Assembly: GCA_035504435.1 (NCBI GenBank) | Contig: DATJRV010000083.1 | Span: 22,242 to 86,241, forward strand | Direction of reading: 5' to 3' | Length of the DNA stretch: 64,000 nucleotides | Origin: Solirubrobacteraceae bacterium | GTDB lineage: Bacteria > Actinomycetota > Thermoleophilia > Solirubrobacterales > Solirubrobacteraceae | Part shown: in pieces, positions 18,460-27,331 of the stretch | How positions within the stretch are numbered: the first letter of the stretch is position 1 | Layout of the letters: each line of letters starts with the position of its first letter | Program-made: the position numbers and the translations under genes | The notes under the pieces: generated by a model | What the model was told of the DNA's origin: nothing | Database searches by the model: none | The model's input: only the letters and a program-made list of their open reading frames with translations

Positions 18460-19332
18460 ATGTGCCGCCTCTTCGCGATGAGCGCCGGCAGCGAGCCGGC
18501 GCGCGCCACGTTCTGGCTGCTCGACGCCCCGGACAGCCTGCGCGCGCAGAGCCACCGCGAGCCGGACGGGACGGGCCTCGGGTGGTTTGACGCCGACGGG
18601 GCGCCCGTCGTGCGCAAGCAGGCGCTCGCCGCGTACGCGGACAGGGCCTTCGCGCGCGAGGCCCACGAGATCTCCTCGCGCACCTTCGTCGCCCACATCC
18701 GCTTCGCCTCAACCGGCGCCGTGGAGCTGCGCAACACCCATCCCTTCCAGCAGCACGGGCGCCTGTTCGCCCACAACGGCGTCCTGGAGGACCTGCCCAC
18801 GCTCGACGCGCAGCTCGGCGCCGCGCGCGAGCTGGTGCAAGGCGACACCGACTCCGAGCGGCTGTTCGCGCTGATCACGCGCGAGATCGACGCCCGCGAC
18901 GGCGACGTCGACGCGGGCCTCCAGGCGGCGTGCTCGTGGGTGGCCGCAAACCTGCCGCTGCTGGCGATCAACTTCGTGCTCGCCACAGCTGACGACGTGT
19001 GGGCGCTGCGCTACCCCGCAACCCACGAGCTGCACCTGCTGGAGCGCCCGCCAGGGCAGCCGCTCGTGCACACGAGCAGCCTCGGCAGCAGGACTCGCTC
19101 CGAGCACGGCACCGACCACCCGCTGGTGGTGATCGCCAGCGAGCCGATGGACGACGACCCGCACTGGCGCGCGCTGCGCTCCGGCGAGCTGGTGCGCATC
19201 GCGTCCGACCTGCAGGTGAGCACGCGGCTGATGCTCCCCGACCCCCCAGCGCATCCGCTGACGCTCGCCGACCTCGGCAGCCGCGCGCGGGCATCCCAGG
19301 CGCCGGCGAGCGCCGACGCCGGCGGGCGATAA
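18460..19332 (+). CDS. Class II glutamine amidotransferase (EgtC/YafJ-like)
   Basis: MCRLF N-terminal Cys, PDGTGLGWF, AHIRFAS, NTHPF, FAHNG, GDTDSE. Confidence 0.92.
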   Translation: MCRLFAMSAGSEPARATFWLLDAPDSLRAQSHREPDGTGLGWFDADGAPVVRKQALAAYADRAFAREAHEISSRTFVAHIRFASTGAVELRNTHPFQQHGRLFAHNGVLEDLPTLDAQLGAARELVQGDTDSERLFALITREIDARDGDVDAGLQAACSWVAANLPLLAINFVLATADDVWALRYPATHELHLLERPPGQPLVHTSSLGSRTRSEHGTDHPLVVIASEPMDDDPHWRALRSGELVRIASDLQVSTRLMLPDPPAHPLTLADLGSRARASQAPASADAGGR

Positions 19333-19357
19333 AGCCAGCGCCCGCGCGTGCCGATAC
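19330..19357 (+). promoter_or_regulatory. Sigma28/WhiG-type promoter (probably leaderless)
   Basis: TAAA(19330-33)-N16-GCCGATAC(19350-57), ATG 6 nt later at 19364. Confidence 0.75.
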
Positions 19358-19363
19358 GAACGC

Positions 19364-21169
19364 ATGGGCCGAGTCCGTGCCCACGCTCGCCGTCAGCTGA
19401 TCGCGCTCGCAGCCGTCTTCGCGTTGTGCACCGCTGGCCTGTTCGTCCTCCACGCACAGACCAAGCATCGCTACCGGCTGTCCGCCGCCGCCGCGATCGC
19501 CGACGCCCGCGCGAACGCGAGCGACCGCGCGTTCCTCGCGCGCAACCCCACCAACCACGCGCGCGTGATTCCCCTCGACGGGAGCCTGCAGCGCGTCACG
19601 TTCTTCGCCGGCGCACAGGTGGTGCTCGACGCGGCGGTCGACGAACGCGGCGAAGTCGTGGCGATCGAGCAGCACGACGCCGGCGTGCCCGCCTCCGGCG
19701 CCTCGCTGGCCAACGCCCCCTGGCTGCTGGTTCTGCTGAGCGCGGTGTTCCTGGCGGCCACCACGGTCGTGCCGCTGCGCCGCATCCGCAACCTCGACGC
19801 GCTCGTGCTCGCCAGCTTCACCGTCACCGTGCCGCTCATCAACGCACGCCTGGCCGGCGCGAGCGTGATCTGCGCGTCAGCCGCGCTGCTGTACCTCACG
19901 CTCAGGTGCCTCGCGGTCGGCCTGCGCCCCCACCGCCAGCCCGCCGCCCCGAGCACACCGCTGCTCGCCCACATGTGCAGCAGCTGGCAGCCGCGCCGGC
20001 GTACGCGGCTGCTGCGCCTGCTGCTGGCGGCCACCGTGTTCATCTTCGTCACGATCACGCTCACCTCCGCCGGCTACACCGACGTCGCCGCCGCATCGCT
20101 GCAGGGAGCCACCGAGCTGGTGCATGGCGTGCTGCCCTACGGCCACATCACGCTCGCGCTGCACGGCGACACCTACCCCCTGCTCAACTACGTCCTCTAC
20201 ATCCCCGGCGCCCTGTGGCAGCCGGTGACCACCGCCTTCAGCAGCCTGGAAGGCTCCCTCGCGACCACCACCGCCGCCGCCCTGCTCGCCGGTCTCGGCG
20301 TCCACCGCCTCGCCGCAGCCCCCGGCGCGTCTCACCGACGGCCCGCCAGCGCCACCCAACAGACCCGCTCGGAGCGCGACCGCGCCCTGCGCACCACGCT
20401 CGCCTGGTTCGCCTTCCCCCCCGTGCTGCTGGCCGCCTCCGGAGGCGCCAACGACCTCCTCCTGGCCGCCTGCCTGGCGTGGATGCTCGCTCTGCGCAAG
20501 CACAAGACGTGGTCCACCCTCGCCCTGGCAATGGGCGTGTGGGTCAAGCTCGTCCCGCTGGTGCTCGCAGCGATCTGGCTCCCCTGCCGCCGCAGCGAGC
20601 GGCGCGAGCTGATCCGCGCGTGCGCCGGCGCAGCCGCCCTGTCACTCGCCCTCACCGCCCTGCTCATCGCCCTCGGCGGCCCAGCCGCCATCCCGGCGAT
20701 GATCAAAGCCATGGCCTTCCAGTTCCAGCGCGGCTCGTTCTTCGCCCCCTGGTACACCTTCAACGTCCAGTGGCTGCAGCCCCCAGTACAGGCCGCAGCG
20801 CTAACGATCGTCCTCCTGGTCGCCGTGCGCGCGCAAGCCGACCGCCCCCTGCGCCACGACCTGGTGCGCGTGAGCGCCCTGGCCGCCGCCCTGCTCCTAG
20901 CCCTGCAGCTGAGCGCCAACTACTGGACGTGGTCCTACCTCCCGTGGGTGCTCCCGCCGTTGCTGGTCGCGCTGTTCATGATCGACGGCGATCAGCCGGC
21001 GAGCACGAACGGCGCAGCCCACCACGCCCGAACCAGCACCCCGACAGCGCGCCGCCTCCAGACAGCAGACGCCGCCGCGCCCACGCGGCAGCCGCGACCC
21101 CTGGCTGGTGAGATCGAGCAGCGAGGGCATGTCAGGACACTACGGTCAACGCGCGCGGCAGTCCAGTGA
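19364..21169 (+). CDS. Multi-pass membrane protein, GT-C fold / GT87 (DUF2029)-like glycosyltransferase
   Basis: YTDVAAAS..GVLPYG..DTYPLLNYVLYIP, GGANDLLLAAC, VWVKLVPLVL, NYWTWSYLPWVLP, many TM segments. Confidence 0.7.
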   Translation: MGRVRAHARRQLIALAAVFALCTAGLFVLHAQTKHRYRLSAAAAIADARANASDRAFLARNPTNHARVIPLDGSLQRVTFFAGAQVVLDAAVDERGEVVAIEQHDAGVPASGASLANAPWLLVLLSAVFLAATTVVPLRRIRNLDALVLASFTVTVPLINARLAGASVICASAALLYLTLRCLAVGLRPHRQPAAPSTPLLAHMCSSWQPRRRTRLLRLLLAATVFIFVTITLTSAGYTDVAAASLQGATELVHGVLPYGHITLALHGDTYPLLNYVLYIPGALWQPVTTAFSSLEGSLATTTAAALLAGLGVHRLAAAPGASHRRPASATQQTRSERDRALRTTLAWFAFPPVLLAASGGANDLLLAACLAWMLALRKHKTWSTLALAMGVWVKLVPLVLAAIWLPCRRSERRELIRACAGAAALSLALTALLIALGGPAAIPAMIKAMAFQFQRGSFFAPWYTFNVQWLQPPVQAAALTIVLLVAVRAQADRPLRHDLVRVSALAAALLLALQLSANYWTWSYLPWVLPPLLVALFMIDGDQPASTNGAAHHARTSTPTARRLQTADAAAPTRQPRPLAGEIEQRGHVRTLRSTRAAVQ

Positions 21170-21571
21170 GCACTTCACAGCCGGTGTCCGTCACCACCGC
21201 CAGCTCCTCGACACGCACCCCCAGCACGTCGGGGATGTACACGCCCGGCTCGCCTCCTCGAAGCCCAGCCGCCCGCCGGCGTCCGCGAGCGTCTGCGCCA
21301 GCTCGCCCAGCAGGTCTTCCGTGACGATCTCGCGCGCGAACGCCTCCGGCACCTGCGCCGCCGACTGGGTGGCATGGCGAAAGTCCGACAGGAAGCGGTG
21401 CGCGCCCAGGCGCGCCGCCGCCGACGCAGCGACCGCCAGCACGAGCGCGTTCGAGCCCGTGAAGCCGCTCAGGTAGCGGATGTCCACCAGCGCGTCCACC
21501 AGCAGCGCGTCCACGCCAAGCGCGTCCAGCTCGGCGGCGAGCCGCTGCGCACGCGTCGCGTCCGCGCTCAC
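21132..21571 (-). pseudogene. pepQ: Xaa-Pro aminopeptidase (M24) with a large internal deletion
   Basis: Creatinase_N part (DIRYLSGFTGSN..SDFRH..LGFEEA) joined out of frame near 21252 to the C-terminal EPGVYIPDVLGVRVEELAVVTDTGCEVLT..VS*. Confidence 0.85.
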
Positions 21572-22026
21572 GCAGCGCCCTCGTCGAGCCTCTCGCGCAG
21601 CAGCGCCAGCGCGTCTGCGTAGCCCGCCGGCCCGCGCCCGGAGATGGTGGCGAAGCACAGCTCGCGAATCACCGACACCCGCCGCCACGGCTCACGGTGC
21701 TCGACGTCCGACAGGTGGATCTCCAGCGCGGGCAGGCCGGCGATCTCGAGCGCGTCGCGAATCCCCCACGCGTAGTGCGTCCACGCGCCCGGGTTCAGGA
21801 TCAGCGCGTCGGCCCGATCGCGCAGGGCGTGCAGGTGCTCCACGAAGTCACCCTCGTGGTTGGTGTGGAAGAAGCGCGTCACGAGCCCCAGCTCGTGGGC
21901 CTGCGATTCGATCTGGCGCTCCAGCTCGACCAGCGTGAGCGTGCCGTACAGCAGCGGATCGCGGCGTCCGAGCTGGTCCAGGTTGACCCCGTGCATCACC
22001 TCGATGCGCCACGCGCGCGCGCTCAC
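21568..22026 (-). CDS. aroQ: Type II 3-dehydroquinate dehydratase
   Basis: HGVNLDQLGRRDPLLYG, NHEG, NPGAWTH, EIHLSD. Confidence 0.97.
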   Translation of the reverse strand: MSARAWRIEVMHGVNLDQLGRRDPLLYGTLTLVELERQIESQAHELGLVTRFFHTNHEGDFVEHLHALRDRADALILNPGAWTHYAWGIRDALEIAGLPALEIHLSDVEHREPWRRVSVIRELCFATISGRGPAGYADALALLRERLDEGAA

Positions 22027-23639
22027 GGCAGGAGCTCCGCCACCGCTGCGCGCACTTCCGCCTCAGACACCGCGCAGCCATGCTGCACCTCGCCGGGGGC
22101 TCGCACCAGCACGAACGGGACCGTGTCGGTCGAGGTGCGCTTCTTGTCCTTCGCCATCGCCCCCAGGATCGCATCCAGCGACACCCCCTCATCATCTTTG
22201 TCGTTCTCGAGCGTCACAGGCAGGCCGCGCGCGAGCATCAGCGCGCGCAGCTGCTCACGCAGCTGTGGCTGCCCCGAAAGGGTCAGCGCCGCGAGCAGGC
22301 CCAGGCCGACGGCTTCGCCGTGGCGGTAGCGCGCGTAGCCGCTGGCGGTCTCGATCGCGTGCCCTACCGTGTGCCCCAGGTTCAGCACCTGGCGCACCCC
22401 TCCGTCGCGCTCGTCGGCCGCCACCACCGCCAGCTTCGTGCGCGCGCACGCGAGGATCGTGCGCTCGTCCACCTGGTCCGCATCGAACGTGGCGCCGCCG
22501 GCGCTCACCGTCTCCCACAGCCAGCCGCCGGCGATCAGCGCCGTCTTCACCACCTCCACCCAGCCGGCCGCCAGCTCCGCGGCCGGCAGGCTCGCAAGCG
22601 TGTCCGGGTCGACCAGCACCCCCGCCGGCTGGTGGTAGGCGCCCACGTAGTTCTTCGCCTGCGGCAGGTCCACGCCGGTCTTGCCGCCGTACGCCGAGTC
22701 CACCTGCGCCACCAGCGTCGTCGGCACCTGCACCACCGGCACGCCGCGCTGGTAGCAGGCCGCGCAGAAGCCCGCCAGGTCGCCCACCACCCCACCGCCC
22801 AGCGCCACCACGTGGTCGGCGCGCGTCACGGCCGCGTCGACCATCGCCTGCCACACCCGCTCCGCGCTCGCGAGCGTCTTCTGCGACTCGCCCGCCGGGA
22901 TCGTCGCCGCGCCCGCCAGCTCGCCGATCCGCCCGCCGTACAGCCCGTGCACCGTCTCGTCGCTCACGCAAAATGCGCGCGAGCGCGCGCGGTCGAGCGG
23001 CCAGATGGCATCCAGCCACCGCGCGTCGTCCGCGCCGAGCAGCCCGCGTCCCACGAGCACCGGGTAGGACCCGGAGGCCGCGCTCGCCCACAGCATGCGC
23101 GTGCCCGCCGGCGCCGCCGCCAGCGCGCGCAGCGCGCCGAGCGCGCGCACGATCCCGCCGCGCGGCAGGCTCGGCAGGATCGCGTCGGCCAGCGACTCGT
23201 ACAGCTCCTGGCGCGCGGCATGCAGCGCAAGGAAGGCCGCACGGTCGCGCGCCAGCGGGCGCTCGGACTCCCCCGCCGCCCGCGAGGCGTCCCCACCCGC
23301 CGCGCCCACCCGCTCCCACGCCGTCTGCGCGTCCACGTCCAGCAGCACCGTCACGTGCCCCGTGAGCGCCTCGCGCACGCGCCGCGAGAGCACGCTGCCG
23401 CCGCCGAGCGCGATCACCGCGCCCGGGCGGGCGTCCGCCAGCATGCCGCACACCAGCCGCTCCTCGCGCGCGCGGAACGCCGCCTCGCCGTGCAGCTCGA
23501 ACTCGCGCGCCACCGGGTGGCCGAGCTGCTCCTCCAGCAGCGCGTCGCTGTCCAGCGCAACCACGCCCAGCGCCTCTGCTAGCTCGCGGGCGGCCGTCGA
23601 CTTGCCCGCGCCCATGAAGCCGATCAGGACGTACGCCAT
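22023..23639 (-). CDS. aroKB: Bifunctional shikimate kinase / 3-dehydroquinate synthase
   Basis: IGFMGAGKS, ALGGGSV, RPL; then GGGVVGDLAGF, PTTLVAQVDSAYGGKTG, LNLGHTVGHAIE. Confidence 0.96.
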   Translation of the reverse strand: MAYVLIGFMGAGKSTAARELAEALGVVALDSDALLEEQLGHPVAREFELHGEAAFRAREERLVCGMLADARPGAVIALGGGSVLSRRVREALTGHVTVLLDVDAQTAWERVGAAGGDASRAAGESERPLARDRAAFLALHAARQELYESLADAILPSLPRGGIVRALGALRALAAAPAGTRMLWASAASGSYPVLVGRGLLGADDARWLDAIWPLDRARSRAFCVSDETVHGLYGGRIGELAGAATIPAGESQKTLASAERVWQAMVDAAVTRADHVVALGGGVVGDLAGFCAACYQRGVPVVQVPTTLVAQVDSAYGGKTGVDLPQAKNYVGAYHQPAGVLVDPDTLASLPAAELAAGWVEVVKTALIAGGWLWETVSAGGATFDADQVDERTILACARTKLAVVAADERDGGVRQVLNLGHTVGHAIETASGYARYRHGEAVGLGLLAALTLSGQPQLREQLRALMLARGLPVTLENDKDDEGVSLDAILGAMAKDKKRTSTDTVPFVLVRAPGEVQHGCAVSEAEVRAAVAELLP

Positions 23640-24802
23640 CCGATGCGCTTCGTGTACGCGCTCAGCGCCTCGCGCACGTCGTCGATGTGGTCGCCGCCGA
23701 ACTTGCGCCGGTAGGCGTCCGCCAGCACCAGCGCGATCATCGCCTCCCCCACCACGCCCGCCGCCGGCACCGTGCACGAGTCGGTGCGCTCGCGCAGCGC
23801 CTGCGCGGGCGCGTGCGTGGCCGTGTCCACCGAGCGCAGCGGCTTGGTGAGCGTCGGCAGCGGCTTCATCGCGCCGCGCACGATCAACGGCAGGCCCGTG
23901 GTCATGCCGCCCTCCAGGCCGCCCGCGCGGTTGGTCTCGCGGAAGTAGCCGCGCTCCTGCGAGTAGAAGATCTCGTCGTGCGCCTGCGAGCCCGGCAGCC
24001 CCGCGATTGTGAACGCGTCGCCGATCGACGCGCCCTTGACCGCCTGGATCGAGCACATCGCGCCCGCCAGGCGCCCGTCCAGGCGCTCCTGCCAGGATAC
24101 GTGCGAGCCGAGCCCCGGCACCAGGCCGAAAGCCTGCACCTCGAACACGCCGCCCAGCGACTCGTTGGCCTTGCGCAGCCTGTCGATCTCCCGCACCATC
24201 GCCTGCGAGGCCTCCGCGTCCAGACAGCGCACCGGCGACTCGTCCACGTGCGCGAAGTCCGCCGCGCCGAGCGCCCGCTCGCGCGTGGGCGCGTGCACGG
24301 AGGCGATCTGGATCACGTGCGAGTGCACGCTCACCCCCAGCGCGCGCAGGAACGCCTTGCACACCCCGCCGCCCGCCACGCGCGCGGCCGTCTCGCGCGC
24401 GGACGCCCGCTCGAGGATGTTGCGCACGTCCGTCTGCTTGTACTTCAGCGTGCCCACCAGGTCCGCGTGGCCGGGGCGCGGCAGGTGCACCTCGGCGGTC
24501 GGCTGGGCGGCGTCCGCCACCGGCCACGGGCTCATGCGCTCTTCCCAGTTGGCGAAGTCGCGGTTTGCGACCTGCAGCGCGATCGGCCCGCCGAGCGTGC
24601 GCCCGTGGCGCACGCCGCCGGTGAGCTCCGCGCTGTCGCGCTCGATCTTCATGCGCCCGCCGCGGCCGTGGCCGAGCTGGCGGCGCGACATGTCGCGGTT
24701 GAGGTCCTCCGGGGTCAGCTCGATCCCCGCGGGCAGACCCTCGACGATGCACGTCAAGCCGGGGCCGTGCGACTCACCGGCAGTTGTCAAACGGAGCTCC
24801 AC
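23624..24802 (-). CDS. aroC: Chorismate synthase
   Basis: TTAGESHG, RPGHAD, ERASARETA, NRAGGLEGG, KPLPTL. Confidence 0.98.
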   Translation of the reverse strand: MELRLTTAGESHGPGLTCIVEGLPAGIELTPEDLNRDMSRRQLGHGRGGRMKIERDSAELTGGVRHGRTLGGPIALQVANRDFANWEERMSPWPVADAAQPTAEVHLPRPGHADLVGTLKYKQTDVRNILERASARETAARVAGGGVCKAFLRALGVSVHSHVIQIASVHAPTRERALGAADFAHVDESPVRCLDAEASQAMVREIDRLRKANESLGGVFEVQAFGLVPGLGSHVSWQERLDGRLAGAMCSIQAVKGASIGDAFTIAGLPGSQAHDEIFYSQERGYFRETNRAGGLEGGMTTGLPLIVRGAMKPLPTLTKPLRSVDTATHAPAQALRERTDSCTVPAAGVVGEAMIALVLADAYRRKFGGDHIDDVREALSAYTKRIGWRTS

Positions 24803-24828
24803 GGCTCCTTAGCTTATTTGCCGGCGAT

Positions 24829-25767
24829 CTAGCGCCCGCGAGAACGCCCGTCACGGCCGCCGAACGGCGCGCGGCCGGCGAGCACGAGCACGCCCTGCTT
24901 GGCGGAGTAGCGCAGCCCGGGGATCTCCGTGAGCCCATCGTGCTTGAGCAGCTCGCGACCCGCCTTCGACGCGCCGCGCAGCTCGCTTTCCACCTTCGCG
25001 CTCGCTTCCTTGCTCACCGTGATGCTCACCAGCTCCAGCTCGTACACCAGCGACTGCCCGGAGGAGGCGTATTCGAGCGTCTCGATCTGCCCCGGCGTCA
25101 GTTCGATCGCTTCGCACTGGGAATCGCTCGGCAGGCACTTCGCGGGGCCGTGCAGGATCGCTTCGCTGACGAGCGTGAAGGTCGCGCTCTTGCCGCCCGC
25201 CGTGACGCCGCGGAAGACGATCAGCGCCTGCGTGGAGGACGGCAGCGGCGTGAGCAGCTGCAGGTTCTCGTACGGCGTCAGCTGTTCGACTTCCGGCGTT
25301 TCCGCCGGTGGCAGCAGACCGAACAGGATCGCCGCGTGGTACGCGGTCTTGGTCGCAGGCGGCGCGGGCGGCGCGGACGGCGCGGGCGTGCTGGAGCTCG
25401 GTTCCGAGGCGGTCGAGCTGCTCGAGCCGGACGAGCTCGTGCTGCTCGGGGCGCTGCTCTTCGCGGTCGAGGTCTTTTCCTTCGCTTCCGGCAGCGGCGT
25501 GAACGGATTGCGCGCCTTCCCGCCGCGCTGCTGGGAGACCCCGCCGGTCGTCTCGGCCACCGCCTTGTTCGGGGTGACGCGGCTGACCGACAGTCCGGTA
25601 GTGGCAGGGGCGCCCGCGGACGCGCCCGCCGGCGTGCTCGTGTTCGAGCCGCCGCCCAGCACCACGTAGCCGATCGCCAGCGCAAAGCCGACCACCACGA
25701 CGACCACCAGCGGCAGCAGGCGCCGGTCGAGCAGATCGGCCTTCAGGGAGCTGAAGAAGCTGCTCAT
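24829..25767 (-). CDS. Pilus-operon hypothetical membrane-anchored protein (after PilO)
   Basis: Overlaps the pilO stop. N-terminal TM helix, ARNPF motif, Ser-rich linker, C-terminal domain with a Cys pair (CLPSDSQC). Confidence 0.75.
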   Translation of the reverse strand: MSSFFSSLKADLLDRRLLPLVVVVVVGFALAIGYVVLGGGSNTSTPAGASAGAPATTGLSVSRVTPNKAVAETTGGVSQQRGGKARNPFTPLPEAKEKTSTAKSSAPSSTSSSGSSSSTASEPSSSTPAPSAPPAPPATKTAYHAAILFGLLPPAETPEVEQLTPYENLQLLTPLPSSTQALIVFRGVTAGGKSATFTLVSEAILHGPAKCLPSDSQCEAIELTPGQIETLEYASSGQSLVYELELVSITVSKEASAKVESELRGASKAGRELLKHDGLTEIPGLRYSAKQGVLVLAGRAPFGGRDGRSRGR

Positions 25768-26507
25768 GGCGTGCTCGCTTTCACGACTGCGGGCGTCGTT
25801 GGCGCGCCCGCGGAGCTACTCGACGCCGGCGTCGCACTCGCGGCGCCCGGCGCGCTCGGGCTCGCTCCGGCGGTGAGGCCCTGGCCGGCCGGCAGCACGT
25901 AGGCGTCGGCCGTGATCGTGCCGGTCAGCTCGTTGGAGTTGCTGAAGCCATCGCCGCTGGCGAGCGCGAGCTTCACGCTCTGGACGGTCAGCAGACGACC
26001 GCTGACGTCGATGTTTCCAGGCCCGCTCATGGTCGTGAAGTCCGCGAGCTGGCGCAGCAGGTGTTCGAGTTCGAAGAAGCCGCCGTTGAAGGTGAGCGTG
26101 AAGGGCAGCTGCGTGAACGCACTGGCGGCCGTGCCGGCAGCCGGGCTGCCCGACGCGCTTGTCGTGCTCGCGCCGCCGCTGGTGCCGCTGGAAATGGCCG
26201 CGAAGTTAACCCGCTTGCTGTCGGAGGCCTGAGCGACCTGGTAGATCAGCGACGGGACTTCCTGGGTCGGCGGCACGGCTTTGCCGAGGTTGACGATCGA
26301 TTCGTAGGCGGCCGCATACCGGCTCTGGGCGCCGCGCGCTTCGCCGAGCTGCTTTTCGGCCGTGCTGAGCTGTGCCTGTGCGGTCGCGATCTGCGCGTTC
26401 AGGTTGCTGGCCTTCTTGCGCTCGGGCGAGACGACCTCCAGCCACACGCCGCCAAGCACCACGACGAGCGCGACGAGCATGATCACTGTGCGATCGCGCG
26501 TGGTCAT
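25764..26507 (-). CDS. pilO: Type IV pilus assembly protein PilO-like
   Basis: MTTRDR + TM helix, coiled coil, AVPPTQEVPSLIYQV, LPFTLTFNGGFFEL. Confidence 0.85.
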   Translation of the reverse strand: MTTRDRTVIMLVALVVVLGGVWLEVVSPERKKASNLNAQIATAQAQLSTAEKQLGEARGAQSRYAAAYESIVNLGKAVPPTQEVPSLIYQVAQASDSKRVNFAAISSGTSGGASTTSASGSPAAGTAASAFTQLPFTLTFNGGFFELEHLLRQLADFTTMSGPGNIDVSGRLLTVQSVKLALASGDGFSNSNELTGTITADAYVLPAGQGLTAGASPSAPGAASATPASSSSAGAPTTPAVVKASTP

Positions 26508-27331
26508 CTCGCCTTGACCTCCCCACCAGCGGTGCTCGTCTGGGTGTGGGTGCTCGCCGCCGCGCCACTCTTGTCCGACACCGTCGCAGCCGGCGCGCTC
26601 GCCGCAGCTACCGCCGACGCGCTGGGGAGCGCTTCGAAGGTGACCACGATGCTGTACGCGGGGTCGTTTGAGGGGCAGCCGCCGCTGCTGCCTCCACCAC
26701 CGCTGGTGGCGGACGTGGTGGAGCTCTCCAGTTCGTCTTCCTTCACGCCGTCGATCAGCCGCAGACGCTCGAGCAGCTCCGCCACGGACTTCTGCCCGGT
26801 GGCGCAGCCGGAGATCGTGAACGCCGGCACCGCGCCGGGCGGCGTGCTGGACGCCACGGTCGCACTGCTCGAGCTCGCGGAAGCGCTGGAGCTGGCGGAG
26901 GTAGTCGAGCTGGGAGAGCTGGCGGAGGTCGCGGCGGCTGTCGATGACGAGCCGCCGACGGAGCCGTCGAGCGAGGAGATCGACGTGCCCGGCGGCAGCA
27001 CCCGGCCGAATTCGTGAAACACGTGCGCCCAGTCGAAGCGTGACTCCAGCAGCGTTTCCACCGCCTGCAGACGCTGTTGCCGCAGCGCAGCGAACGCCGT
27101 GTAGGACGTCAGCCGGTTGGCCTGCGCTTCCGCGCGCTGCGCCTGCGCGGCCAGCGACGCAGCCTGCGCCTGCTTGGAGGAGATCGCGTGATCGGCTTTG
27201 CCGTACAGCACGGCCATGATCGCCAGGCCGGCGATGATGGCGAGCAGCGTGTACGCACCGCCCTGCGAGCGCCCGGCGCCGACCGGCGCACCTGTGCGCT
27301 GCTCAGCGGGGATCAGGTTCACGGCTCTCAT
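26504..27331 (-). CDS. pilN: Type IV pilus assembly protein PilN-like
   Basis: MRAVNLIP, TM helix, RFDWAHVFHEFGRVLP, ELLERLRLIDGV. Confidence 0.87.
   Translation of the reverse strand: MRAVNLIPAEQRTGAPVGAGRSQGGAYTLLAIIAGLAIMAVLYGKADHAISSKQAQAASLAAQAQRAEAQANRLTSYTAFAALRQQRLQAVETLLESRFDWAHVFHEFGRVLPPGTSISSLDGSVGGSSSTAAATSASSPSSTTSASSSASASSSSATVASSTPPGAVPAFTISGCATGQKSVAELLERLRLIDGVKEDELESSTTSATSGGGGSSGGCPSNDPAYSIVVTFEALPSASAVAAASAPAATVSDKSGAAASTHTQTSTAGGEVKAR

Noticed and set aside
22023-23639. AroK-AroB fusion as a novelty
   Set aside because: A known bifunctional architecture.
22023-24752. 909-aa ORF, and similar long extensions (35515-37284, 39935-41671, 41711-43807, 48939-50687, 31697-33802)
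   Set aside because: Their N-terminal parts are off-frame reads through upstream genes, typical of stop-poor GC-rich DNA. Real starts were placed at family motifs.
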